Source: Octopus sinensis (lineage: Eukaryota). Taken from it: 64,000 nt of DNA. The translations under genes were made by a program, and so were the position numbers. Shown one piece after another: positions 27,716-40,920 of this stretch; position 1 is the first letter of the stretch; each line of letters opens with the position of its first letter. The DNA lies in the NCBI RefSeq assembly GCF_006345805.1, contig NC_043011.1, positions 66,848,464-66,912,463 on the forward strand, read 5' to 3'. The notes below the pieces were generated by a model. The model ran no database searches. It was not told the origin of the DNA and was given only the letters and a program-made list of their open reading frames with translations.

Positions 27716-27752
27716 GGAATATGACTAAGAAAAAAACGACGCAATATTTCAT
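27716..27752 (-). CDS. CRG3 exon 1 (signal peptide MKYCVVFFLVIF)
   Basis: ATG at 27752, hydrophobic core, donor TTC C|GTAAGT (phase 1); joins exons 2-4 into a 309-nt CDS with no internal stop. Confidence 0.85.
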
Positions 27753-29063
27753 TGTGTAATTTCGTGTCGAACAGCTCCTATTCTGGCGATGTGCATGTGG
27801 AAACATGTATTGTAATTAAATATGAAGTAACATGTGTTTCAACTAACACAGACAGCATGAAATTTGATCAATGACATGCAATGCCATAATAAATTTTTTA
27901 TATTTTTTATTCTTCTACATTCACGAGACCGACAGGTGTGTAAAAGATAATTTCACAAAAAATCGTGTACTCGTACTTAGTGAGGGCAAAAATTTTGGGT
28001 AAGGGAGCCTGTCGATTAGATAGACTCCAGTAAACAACTGGTACTTAATTTATCGATCTCAAAAAGATGACAAGCATCGTCGACCTCGGCGGAAGTTGAA
28101 CTCTGAACGTAACCTTTGTGAATTTCTGACCATTCAACATCGCTGGAGAGCGTATATATTCATGTTGTAATTGAGAAAATGTCAGATGACATGGAGGAAT
28201 GGTAGCCAGTTTCGAATTTGGGGACAAGTCAAGCTATATCGATTAGCGTGGAAAAAGTCCATCACATTCAAATCGGCACTTCATTTCTGCATATTTCATC
28301 GATCCTAAAGATAAGGTTCCATCGACATCGACGGTAATGGAACTCACAATTTCCGCTCTCATTTTCGATCTTTTCCTCCCTTCACATTTCTTCTTTCTTC
28401 TCTAATTGTATTCTCTTTCTACTGCTTTTTTATAATCTCCTATTCTCTTGACACTTATTCACATTTTTCTTGCTCAACTAATTCCCTTCTCATTGCTTCT
28501 CCTCAAAATAGTTAATTGCTTTCTAAACATTACACTCTAATATATACAAACACGGATGTGTGTCTATATGAATTTGTATGAGTGTGTATCGTCAGTATTT
28601 CATATTTCCGAAGAAAAGCACGCTCGAATGCATTAAAAAAGTAATCTAATTTTAGGAAGTTAAAACTTACGGCCTGTCATAGATTGAGCATTGCGCAGAT
28701 ATAAAGGCTTTAAGAGTATAAACGACTCGTCAGATTCTTTATAATTGCGAAACCCATGGTCACTATATGACCCTTGTTGTTTGTTTTCATTGTTCTGTTT
28801 GTGTTACTAATTTTGACCCTCTGCAAAATCCTACCTTACATTTAATTTGCGTTGCGGCTGCAACTGTTTTATCGAAAGCTTATCTTGTTAAATTCTAGAA
28901 ATATGAGAGTCGAAAAAACATCCAACGATTTATGAAGGGTCTTTCTTTATGTTCTTTGTTTGTTTTCCATTTGTGTCTTTCGTTCTTCGAAAAAATAGTG
29001 TTTATTCCATGTACTTCGTATCTTCTGTTGTACACATTCCGTGACGTCCTATACCCACATAGC

Positions 29064-29125
<62 letters not shown>

Positions 29126-29469
29126 TGTGTGTGTGTGTGTGTGTGTGCGTGTGTGTGTGTGTGTGTATAAAATTTAGAGAAAACCTCTATTAAACAATTC
29201 AATAGTGAAAGTCGTTATTCACACCATTAGAAAAGGTTAAATATTCTATAGAACATATTCTAAAAATGAATAGAGTACGTAAACAATAAATAGTAAATAG
29301 ACTACGCGTGTTTTGTTGCTATATTTTCAAATATATAATAATAAAATTAATTTGATTAAAACTAAATCGATCTAAAATTAATTCTATATAAAAATATAGT
29401 CACCCATCAGGTCTATTTAGAATTGCTAACTTGAATTTATCCCTGTAATTTTGGAATCATATTCCCTAC

Positions 29470-29500
<31 letters not shown>

Positions 29501-29724
29501 CGCATACATATAAGTATGTATATATATATATATTATTTACATTATTATATGATTGGATCCCATCATCCTCTTCTAAGTATGTTTTATCCGGTATATATGT
29601 ACATAAATATATATATGTGTGTTCGTGTGTATGTGTGTATGTGTGGCAATTTCTCTTATAAATATAAATTATATATATGATGTAACATCTGCACATATAG
29701 TCACCCATCAGGTCTATAATAATG

Positions 29725-29793
<69 letters not shown>

Positions 29794-29794
<1 letters not shown>

Positions 29795-32145
29795 GGCACC
29801 TGGGCATGACAAGATCCCCAACTTCTGGTTGAAATATCTAACAGGAATGCACAAAAAGCTGGCTGAAAACTTTAACAACGTACTAGCAGAGCCAGAGACA
29901 ATGCCTGAATGGCTCACGAAGGGGAAAACCATCTTAATTCCCAAATCAAATGTAACAGAAAAACCAGAAAACTAAAGACAAATACCCTGCCTCCCTACTA
30001 TGTTCAAGGCATTTACTGCAGTGATATCACAAAGGCTGAACAAGCACCTGGACGAAAACAAACTGTTCCCAGAAGAGCATAAAGGATGCCGCAAAGGCTC
30101 ATATGGCTGTAAGATCAACTAATGATTAATAAAGCCGTAACTGAAGACAGCCACAGAAAGAAGAAAGGCCTCAGTATGGCCTGGATTGACTACAAAAAGG
30201 CGTTTGATAGCATCCCCCACACATGGATCCTCGAAACACTAGCCATTAACAAAGTAGCACCAACAATCATAAAATTCATAGAGCACTCTATGAATAAATG
30301 GCAAACAGTCCTACACCTCCAAACAAAAGAGGGACTCATTAAAACCAAAGACATCCCCATTAGAAGAGGAATATTCCAGGGAGACACGCTCTCTCCACTC
30401 CTTTTCTGCTTGGCACTGTCACTCTATCTGATATGCTAAATAGAACTGGATGCGGATATAAATGTTACGGCAAAACGATCAGCCACCTTTTATTATGGAT
30501 GACCTAAAACTATACGCTGCAAATGACAAACAGCTGGAAACACTATTAAAGACAGTTCATGGATTTACCAAAGAAATAGATATGAAATTTGGATGAGAAA
30601 AATGCGCCAAAGTAACCATGAAAAGAGGAAAACTAGTTAAGAGTAACAACATCACACTAGATAAAACCAATGAAATAAAAGAAATAGACCAAAGCCAAAC
30701 TTACAAATACTTAGGAATCCATGAACTAGATAAGACACAACACACACAAATGAAAGAGAAAATAAAAAAAGAATATTATAGACGAGTTAGATCAATACTA
30801 AACACAGAGCTCAATGCTAAAAACAAGATAATAGGTATCAACACTTTAGCTGTCCCAGTTATAAGTTACAGCTACAATATCCTTAACTGGACACGAAATG
30901 AACTGACCAAAATAGATAGGAAAACAAGAAAAATAATGACAGGATCTAGGATGCATCACCCAAAATCTGACATAGAATGACTATATATACAACGTATAGA
31001 AGGTGGTAGAGGCCTTATACAGCTTGAAAACTACCATAAAATAACCACCATAGGACTGCAAAAAATATCTACTTCAGAAGGAAGGAAAACTGATCCAGAT
31101 AGCGGCAAAACACGAGCAAAACAAAAAACTGTTCTCAGTATTTAAGGAAGCTGACAAATACAAACAAGAAATCATACTACCTAATAAACATGAAGAAGAA
31201 GAAGAAGATGAAGAAACAACAAAAGCTATAAAACAAATGAAATCCAAACTAAAAATAGAACAGCAACGAGCCATGATAAAGCGATGGCAAGAAAAGCCCC
31301 TTCATGGTAAATACTGCACTAAACTAAAGGCAAAAGAAATAGACAAAGAAAAATCCCAGCAATGGTTGAGAAGCTCAGGACTCAAAGCAGAAACAGAGGC
31401 ATTTTTAATTGCAGCACAAGACCAAAGCCTCCCCACCAGAAATTACCAAAAACATGTAATGAAAAGAAATATTACAAGTAACTGCAGAATATGTGGAGAT
31501 GGACAAGAACAATAAATCATATTATCTCTAGCTGCCCAGTCCTGGCTAAGAAGGAATATATTCACAGACATGACAGAGTTGGAACCTACATACATTGGAA
31601 GCTATGCCAACATTATGGAATAACAACAGAAAAAAGATGGTATAGACACACACCAGAAAAGGTCACAGAAAATGAGAAAGCAACCATACTCTGGGATATG
31701 CCGATACACACAGATAGAGAAATTAAGGCCAACAGACCAGATATAGTTGTCAGAGATCATGAAGAAAAAAATGCTTTCTAATTGATGTATCAATACCGGC
31801 AGATGACAACGTGTCTCTAAAAGAAATGGAGAAACTCTCAAAATACAAAGACCTGGAAATAGAGATAACTAGTATGTGGTACCTGAAAACAGAAACAATT
31901 CCTATCATAGTAGGTGCATTAGGCATGATAAAAAAAATATTCAGACAAATACATAACAAAAACACCAGGACTTACAAACACATATAACATACAGAAAATT
32001 GCACTACTATGCACTGCACACATCCTACGCAGAACACTTTCCATACAATAACCATCAGAGCATCACAACAAATCACAGCACATACCCAAGGCACACAGAG
32101 CTGCGCTCGGTAGTGAAGTGAAAGCACGCTATAAAAATAAAACTA

Positions 32146-32148
<3 letters not shown>
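29794..32148 (+). mobile_element. R4/Dong-type non-LTR retrotransposon, 5'-truncated second copy
   Basis: Near-identical to 13073-15428; flanked by (AAT)n on both sides; same 3' end aaaataaaactactgaa(taa)n. Confidence 0.9.
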
Positions 32149-32185
<37 letters not shown>

Positions 32186-32403
32186 TAATAATAATAATAA
32201 TCATAATAATAAAAGCAATATAAATAATATAATAAATGTACGTATGTTAACTTATAAATTAACTAACGTTTTTATTTTAAGTGATACTGTTAAATATTAT
32301 TATTTATTGTTAAAACAATTGTTTTTTCTATATTTCTAGTTAAATTATTGTTAGAATACGTACATTTATTATATTTTTTATACTGTTATTATTATTGTTA
32401 TTA

Positions 32404-34450
32404 AACTGGTCAACATCAGGGTTATTATATGGTGTTTTATATGTCGTTTTTTACCGCAGATTTCAAAAATGTAATCGGTTTCCTTCTATCAGGCACATTT
32501 TTTCTGATGAGATGAGAGAGGTATATAACTCCCATCAGCAGTATCGCTACACGTAAACGTCTTATACAGGTAAATTCTAACTATGTCAATGCATTGCAAG
32601 ACCAGTCCTGATACATTTTGTCATGTGGTTCATTTACAACCAAAGCTCATCAACGTGCAATCACAAGTGAAATCAAGAACTACCAGTTATACTTTGGCTG
32701 CTCTCTCGGGGAACAAGATAAGAGTTGTGCCCCGCACATCATCTGCTCGGTTTGTTCAAATGGACTAAGGGATTGGTTGAATAAGAGGAAGATAGCAATG
32801 CCGTTTGCAATACCTATGATATGGAGAGAGCCAAAGGATCATTTCTTGGACTATTATTTCTTCAACGTTAATGTATGTGGGTTTACTGTAAAGACCAAGC
32901 ATGAGATTGTGTAAATCAACTTGGAATCAGCAAGTTGACAAAGATGTATTTTCTGAAGAAAATATTACTGCTGTCGAAGACACCGAAGTGGGTGCAGATT
33001 TCACGATTGAAAATGAAGATGTACCACAGAAATTTTCTCAAGGAGAGTTAATTGATTTAGTTAGAGACTTGTCATTGCCGAAGGATAAAGCTGAGCTATT
33101 AGCCTACAAGAAAAGTGTCTGCTTAAGAAAGATGTTTGTATTACTCATTTCAGGAAGCGCAATAGGGGCCTGACTTCCTTCTTCTCTCTTGATGGAACAC
33201 TTTGTTTCAGTAATAACACTGATTAGTTATTTTGCTGTTTGTTCCAAAAGCATGTTTCAGCTGAATGACGCTGATTCATTTATTCATCTAAGAGAAGCCT
33301 CAAGGCAGTACTATTACTCAACGGCAATAAGAAACCATCCATTCCCATAGGACATTTAGTGTACATGAGGAGTGTTATGAAATCATGTAAGTACTCCTCA
33401 ATGCTATAAAGTATACAAACTACAGCTGGAAAACATGTGGAGACTTGAAGGTGATTGGAATATTGATGGGAATGCAATCTGGGTTCACCAAATAGTGTTG
33501 CTTTTTATGCTTATGGGACAGTCATGCAACTAGCAAGCAGTATGTGCAATCAGAGTGGCCTTTGCGAAACTCATATGAGCCAGGAGTTTCTAGCGTCTAG
33601 ACTAAGCCACTTTTAAACCCAGAAAATGTTTTCTTCCCCCTCTTCACATAAAGCTTGGCCTCATGAAACAATTCGTGAAGAGACTTGCTAGGAAAAGCTC
33701 AGAATGTTTTGAATATGTGAACGCCAAATTTCCAAAAATCACCGAGGCAAAACTGAAGGAGGGCGTATTCATAGGTTGTCCTCCTGAAGGACAACCACTT
33801 CCTTACAGCACTAGATGAGATTGAGCTTAAAGCCTGGGAATCCTTCAAATGGTTCTGTGGAAATTTCCCAGGCAACAAGAGATCTCTAGAATTTAGAAAC
33901 GGAGTGAAATATCTTCTAGTCTCCCACGCTGCAATGGACTGTTGGATGTCACTAAAAGTCTATTTCCTTGATTCACATCTGGACTTTTTCGCAGAGAAAC
34001 TTGGAGCAGTATCTGATGAGTAAGGGGAACGATTTCATCAAGATATTGCATCGATGGAACAACGTTATCAAGAATTTCGGAATGCAGGAATGTTAGCTGA
34101 CTACTGTTGGATGTTATACAGGAATGAACCTGAGACAAAACACAATAGAAAGTCCAAATTTCAAAGATTTTAAGTTGTTATGCATTTGAGTGTATTCTAA
34201 GTTCTTTCTACAGAATAATTTTAATTTTGTACAATAAAAAGCCATGAAGTGATCGTATCTTGTAATCAGTATACTTTATATATACATGATTTACGTATCC
34301 TATAAGTGAAAACAGCGGGTATCATTAACATGAAAATAGGACCTGATAGAAGAAATCTGACTTCAGATTCATAATCAGCATCAAAAATTAACCCAGAAAA
34401 GTCAATCAGTAACTCTGATGATTGAAAACGTTTCATTTGGTTGACCAGTG
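32404..34450 (+). mobile_element. Degenerate DNA transposon, probably CMC-Chapaev3-like
   Basis: Terminal inverted repeats (a)actggtcaac...gttgaccagtg. Peptides CKTSPDTFCH, YFGCSLGEQDKSCAPHIIC, MPFAIPMIWREPKDH, LHIKLGLMKQFVK, GERFHQDIASME, LADYCW. The superfamily name is from recall of these motifs. Confidence 0.65.
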
Positions 34451-34507
34451 TTTTGTTATTATTATTATCATTATTATTATTATTTATTATTATTATTTTG
34501 TATGTGT

Positions 34508-34570
<63 letters not shown>

Positions 34571-34575
<5 letters not shown>

Positions 34576-35213
34576 TAGTTTTATTTTTATTTTTATAGCG
34601 TGCTTTCACTTCACTACCGAGCGCAGCTCTGTGTGCCTTGGGTATGTGCTGTGATTTGTTGTGATGCTCTTATGGTTATTGTATGGAAAGTGTTCTGAGT
34701 AGGATGTGTGCAGTGCATAGTAGTGCAATTTTTTGTATGTTATATGTGTTTGTAAGTCCTGGTGTTTTTGTTATGTATTTGTCTGAATATTTTTTTATCA
34801 TGCCTAATGCACCTACTATGATAGGAATTGTTTCTGTTTTCAGATTCCACATTCTAGTTACCTCTATTTCCAGGTCTTTGTATTTTGAGAGTTTCTCCAT
34901 TTCTTTTAGAGACACGTTGTCATCTGCCGGTACTGATACATCAATTAGAAAGCATTTTTTTTCTTCATGGTCTCTGACAACTATATCTGGTCTGTTGGCC
35001 TTAATTTCTCTATCTGTGTGTATCGGCATATCCCAGAGTACGGTTGCTTTCTCGTTTTCTGTGACCTTTTCTGGTGTGTGCCTATACCATCTTTTTTCTG
35101 TTGTTATTCCATAATGTTGGCATAGCTTCCAATGTATGTAAGTTCCAACTCTGTCATGTCTGTGAATATATTCCTTCTTAGCCAGGACTGGGCAGCTAGA
35201 GATAATATGATTT
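34571..35213 (-). mobile_element. R4/Dong-type 3' fragment, third copy (reverse orientation)
   Basis: ORF 34676-35029 RPDIVVRDHEEKKCFLIDVSVPADD...; flanked by (TTA)n on both sides. Confidence 0.9.
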
Positions 35214-35220
35214 ATTATTA

Positions 35221-35267
<47 letters not shown>

Positions 35268-35268
<1 letters not shown>

Positions 35269-35655
35269 GTGGAGGCGCAATGACCCAGTGGCTAGGGCAG
35301 CGGACTGGCGGTCATAGGATCGCAGTTTCGATTCCCAGACGGGCGTTGTGAGTGTTTATTGAGCGAAAACACCTAAAAGCTCCACGACGCTCCGGCAGGG
35401 ATGATGGTGATCCCTGCTGTACTCTTTCACCACATCTTTCTCTCACTCTTACTTTCTGTTTCTGTTGTACCTGTATTTCAAGGGGCCGGCCTTGTCACTC
35501 TCTGTGTCACGCTGAATATCCCCAAGAACTACGTTAAGGGTGCACGTATCTTTGGAGTACTCAGCCACTTACACGTTAATTTCACGAGCAGGCTGTTCCG
35601 TTGATTCGGATCAACCGGAACCCTTATCGTCGTAACAGACGGAGTGCTTCCACCA
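35268..35655 (+). mobile_element. tRNA-derived SINE
   Basis: A-box-like tgacccagtgg and B-box-like gtttcgattcc in a tRNA-like head; ~390 bp, flanked by (TTA)n. Confidence 0.75.
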
Positions 35656-35664
35656 TTATTATTA

Positions 35665-35700
<36 letters not shown>

Positions 35701-36250
35701 TATTATTATTATTATTATCATCATCATCATCATCATCATCATTATTATTATTATATTATTATTATATTATTATTATTAAAGACCTGATGAGTGACTATAT
35801 TTCTAAATAGAATTAATTTTAGATCGATTTAGTTTTAATCAAATTGATTTTGTGTTACTATCTATTTGTAAATATTGCCACGAGATGTGGGTAGTCTATT
35901 GACTTTTATTGTTTATGATTTTTAGAATAATGTGTTCTATAGTATATTAAAACTTTGCTATAGGGTTTGAATAAAGTCTTTCACTATTGAATGGTTTAAT
36001 AGAGGTTTTTCTCCAAATTTTATACAAATATTACGTATTGTGAAATTTGATTTAGTTTTTCTAACTTGAAATTTTGCCTATCAGTTTGGAATTATATTCC
36101 CTACTATTATATATATATATGTGTGTGTGTATGTGTGTGTGTGTGTATGTGTGTGTGTATATATACGTATAAATATAAGTATGTACATATATATTATTTA
36201 CATTATTTTAGAATTGAACGCCACGCATCCTCTTCTAAGTTTTATCCCAC

Positions 36251-36300
<50 letters not shown>

Positions 36301-36488
36301 ATGTATGTGTGTGTGTGTGTGTTTGTGATCCGTGCATTGGTATGTATATCTATGCAAAAGTGTGTATGTATGACGAAAGAGAATGAGATGGAACCGAATA
36401 GATATATTACGCATCGCTTATATCACATGTATATTCAGCGCACAAATAGAAACACTATATTAAAGCTAATTAACATATAGATAACTGC

Positions 36489-36525
36489 GAGAAATAAGAA
36501 AGAAAATAATCATAGAATATTTCAT
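36489..36525 (-). pseudogene. CRG4 diverged exon 1 (MKYSMIIFFLIS) with degenerate donor
   Basis: 37 nt from the ATG, homologous flanks and promoter; donor reads GCAGTT instead of GTAAGT; no exon 2 found downstream. Confidence 0.65.
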
Positions 36526-37271
36526 TCTGTAATTTCGTGATCAAATCGTCATATTTTGTCGACTTCCACGTTACAATTTCTATTATAAATATGATGTAAC
36601 AACTGTATCAACTTACGGAGAAAGCATGTAAAGTTGATCAATGACCTGCTATGTCAGTAATACATTTACAACATTTTTCTTGTATAGTCACCAACACGAC
36701 AGGTGTATAAAAGATAAATTTACAGAAAATTGTGATGTTTGTGTGTACCCGTACTTTCTGAACGAAAAACAGTATTACAAATACAATGTTTTCGGCCTAA
36801 ATATAATGACTTTTATATATCCATTTTAAAGAAAAAAAATTGTCAATTTTTAACCATTAAACGTCAAAAACATTCATGTGGTAATTGAGAAAATTTTAGA
36901 TGACATGGAAAGATGGAAACCATCTAAATATTGGTTTTCAATTTTCTGGAAAGACAAACAATTTCGGTGAGTGTGGAAAAAGAGTATTGCATCCACACCA
37001 GCACTTAATTTCTGCATATTTTATCGAACACGAAAAAGAGCAAATGCAACACCGACATGGACGGAAATGAAACTCTAAATATCCATCCTGTTTTCACTCA
37101 CTTTTCTCTCTTCACTTTAATATCTTTACTCTCTATTTTTGTTCTCTTTCTCCTTTTTTTTATCTCCTATTCATTTAACCCATAATCACAGTTTTCTTAT
37201 GCTATTACTTGCCTCTTTATTGCTTCACCCCACCTCAAAATACTTATATTTACGTTCTGGCAATCTACATA

Positions 37272-37298
37272 CTAGATTACCCATGACCCGTTGGGTCA
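37272..37298 (-). mobile_element. Helitron-type 3' terminus (hairpin + CTAG)
   Basis: Minus strand: TGACCC-AAC-GGGTCA hairpin, 8 nt, then CTAG|T; this is the canonical Helitron 3' signature. Confidence 0.55.
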
Positions 37299-37655
37299 CC
37301 GGAACAGTCTGAGTTTTCCAGCAACGGTGTTTTGTTCCATGTCATTATTTAATTTCGGAGTGAATAGTTTGCCCTTAAAACGACTTAAAACGATTAGTTA
37401 CATTTAAAACGATTAAGAAATTACAAAAACCAACTGACATACACAATGTCGACGAAAGCTTACAGAGCTAGTCTAAACTATATTTAAAGCATACTGTGTT
37501 AAATATTAGATATTCTCAAGTCACGTATAACATGGTAGACATATGTGGTTTGGGTTGATCTCTTGTAATACAAGGATTTCATTGTTATGGTTCATCTCAG
37601 TAAATAACGTCTCCAAAATATGACACTTTCATACTTGTAGTGGCATAATGAATCC

Positions 37656-37715
37656 TTATGTATATGTGAGTAATAAATTGACAACTGCAGTTGCGAATAC
37701 TCATCATCTACCAAC
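37656..37715 (-). pseudogene. Candidate alternative terminal exon with early stops (VGR**VFATAVVNLLLTYT*)
   Basis: Acceptor ttctttcatttacAG|G; aligns codon-for-codon with 45304-45363, including the final TAA. Confidence 0.45.
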
Positions 37716-38993
37716 CTGTAAATGAAAGAACAGTTTGATTGTTTACAGTTTTAGATCGATACACATTTAAAGAGTATTAGGTTAGCAATTTTACATGCAT
37801 CCAATTTTAGCGTGCATCCATTATTCCTATTGAATTGGCCTATGGTTTCTACGCTGATATAAACATGAAATATATTAGTAAGAACTACATATAATTTGAT
37901 ATGACATTTCTGAGGATATATAAAGGTAGATTTCGCTAATAGACCGATGTCTATGCAATACATTTTACCATATCAGTTATTTTTCGAGAATTTTTTTTCA
38001 TGAAATTACAAAGAGGTTTAATTGGATAAGTACTCGTTGTTTAATATAGCTGACATATTCCGTTTATCTTCTACTTTTAAGCTTTTTTATGATGTGTGGT
38101 AAGTGTAGTTTGATTAGTATGGATGCTAGATTCAATTCACATTTACAGATGCCAGTAATTGTTGATGTAAAACCACCGAGGTATCCCCTGTCTTCAAGCT
38201 ATTTCTTTTGCTACGATAATTATCGAACATGCTGTTATCGGGTGATTTTTCCGTCAAGGGAATGTCAATAACCCCGAAAACATTTCCTTTCGAATGCTCT
38301 CTCCTCATAATCAGTATTGTTACTGAAAATTTATTTGATAGCAATTTTATTCGCAACGGCTATGTAAATCAATAAAAATTCTATATTATTCCAATAAAAA
38401 TAAACATTTGTTATTAAAGTGCTTTAACCATATTACAGCAAGGATCTACCGTACCTGTATTATAAAACTAGTACCTCATTCTCATAATTGTAATTCCCTA
38501 CATAGATTTATATAATATGTATAAGTCAAACTCTCCATAAGTTTACTGTAACTACGCACATTCTTACTTCCGTTTTCTGCAACTGCCATTACAACGAGAA
38601 GTTCTTTGAACGTTATCGCGTTGAATTTACATTGCAACGGACATACAATATTTATTACATATCTAATGCATGTCATTTATTATAAGGCCTTCTATTTCAG
38701 CTTGCATCTTAAATATGACTTTAATACGGAAGATAGAAGTTGTAATACACCTGTTTTGAATATGTTCATTCACTTTCTGGAAATTAAATAATAGGGAAAT
38801 TACACTGTAATACTACTGGAAAAGCAATATTTTTCTCTTTCAGATTATTGGCGTTAAAATTTATTCATATGATACTGTTATCGTAACCATGTCGAAAAGG
38901 TTTACATACTATTTCACTGATAACAAAACCACAGCTGCCTTTACTACAGAAATATTTCAGCGGTAATATTTTCAATTAAAACAAACGGATCTT

Positions 38994-39071
38994 TCAAAGT
39001 AATTTAGTTATAGTAATATATTGTATACTCAGCGGCAGTAGAAATGTTTTGCTTATTCCACCAGAGTTTGC
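38994..39071 (-). CDS. Extra CRG exon 4 copy (ANSGGISKTFLLPLSIQYITITKLL*)
   Basis: Near-identical to 16300-16386 with an in-frame 9-nt deletion; acceptor intact; no exon 3 immediately upstream. Confidence 0.65.
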   Translation of the reverse strand, partial: ANSGGISKTFLLPLSIQYITITKLL

Positions 39072-39900
39072 CTGAAATAAATATTGAAGTATTGTGAAAA
39101 TTTAGTTTCAAAATGAAGTAATACATTTTCAAACATATACTCTAACATCCTCTACTGAATATAGACGTCAGAATATTGCGATCGATGAAAAATCTTAGAA
39201 GTAGGAAACAATTGTTTTGGCAGGATTATTAAAAATATAGCAACCGTGACTGTTCGTTACGTTTATGTCATTATGGTACTTCGTAAACCACATTCTTTAC
39301 TATACAATTGAAAGAAAATACGAATGTAGCTAAATAACATTTTTTCCTTTCCTTGAGCCATTATTCCGTCACCAGTGACTTTAAGGAAATAATGACTGTT
39401 TATATTCTTACAATGAAGTAATCTACTTGAATCGTTAATTCCTCAGTCATTGAGGTTTTTTGGCAAATATAACTAAAGTAATACAAGCTACGTACCGCAC
39501 ATATGCTATTAAATTTACTTCTGTACCGTTTTGAATAATATAGGCTTTTCCATCGAAAGCATTTATTAAAGTCCCTGTAATAACTGGAAGGTAAAATATG
39601 AATCAAAATTATGCATTCAGGCATTGCTTTATGTTTTATATTTTAATATCATCTCTATTCTGGAATTAGACACACCTTTGAAATGGCTTCGAAATATAGG
39701 AAGAATAAATAAAAATGAAAACGCTGTTATCGAAGACAAAATGGCCTCTCATAAGTCTGCATCAAACTGTCTAGAGTTTATCTCGTCAGATATCTTTAAA
39801 CAACGATAGAATAATTGAACCACTTTAGATTCAAAATAGACAAAAATAGCTATCTATTTATTCATATTTCCTTCAATGTATTGCTGTTTCCTTAATTATG

Positions 39901-39980
<80 letters not shown>

Positions 39981-39981
39981 C

Positions 39982-40039
<58 letters not shown>

Positions 40040-40255
40040 CATATATATATACATATATATATGTTTATATATACATATAGCCCGGAGAAATCCCGGATAA
40101 ACACCCTACACCCGGATATGTCTCTGTAAACAATAACTCTCTACTTGAGTGGGCCATAGTGCCCAAATTCTGTCTTGAAAGACTTCACCAGGTGGTGCTA
40201 TTAAGTTAGACATGGCCTGGGCCAATAATGGCTGAAGCCTATCAGAGTATCAAAG

Positions 40256-40310
<55 letters not shown>

Positions 40311-40369
40311 ATATATTATATATATATATATATATACACTTATTTCTTTTGATAGCAAACTATGGGACA

Positions 40370-40905
40370 GGGCCAATAACCATAGCATCAACCGTAGCAA
40401 CCTATTCGATATATCCATAGCATCATCGGATTCAGCTCAGGTCACTGACTTCGTTTGGCTTTATAAACTATACCAGCTCCACAGGTACTTTCCTAATATC
40501 AGGGGATGCCTATATAGGTACGATGCTTTATTAATTACTAAAAGTATAAATAAATCCTCATAAGAAAGAACAGAAAGGACCTACATAAATTCTTTTCTAA
40601 CCTAAACATATTTATCCCATTCAAAAACGCCCACAAAACTGCTAACTTTCTGGACGCAACCCTAAACTTAATCACATCCCAATACTCCCCTTACCACAAA
40701 CCTAACCAGTGCCTTAAATACGTTAACATCCATTCCAATCACCATAAATCCACTTTTAATAATATAATCAAGGAAATCTCAACCCGCATATCTGCCCTCA
40801 CTTCCACTGAAGAAATCTTCAATAATCACACACCATATTATAATCAAGCACATGCCACTAGCGGCTTCTCTTAACAAATAGAATACATCCAGAACACCAG
40901 GCTGA
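40370..40905 (+). mobile_element. Penelope-like element RT fragment
   Basis: GCLYRYDAL (YRDD-like), NFLDATLNL, YSPYHKPN, YVNIHSNH and SGFS motifs typical of PLE RT/thumb. Confidence 0.75.
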
Positions 40906-40920
40906 AACAATACATATTCA

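Noticed and set aside
35268-35345. tRNA gene
   Set aside because: A/B boxes are present, but no complete cloverleaf, and it continues into a SINE body.
38482-38676. Cys-containing 64-aa minus-strand ORF near the CRG exons
   Set aside because: No splice-site or frame conservation with the paralogous 45.9-46.1 kb region.
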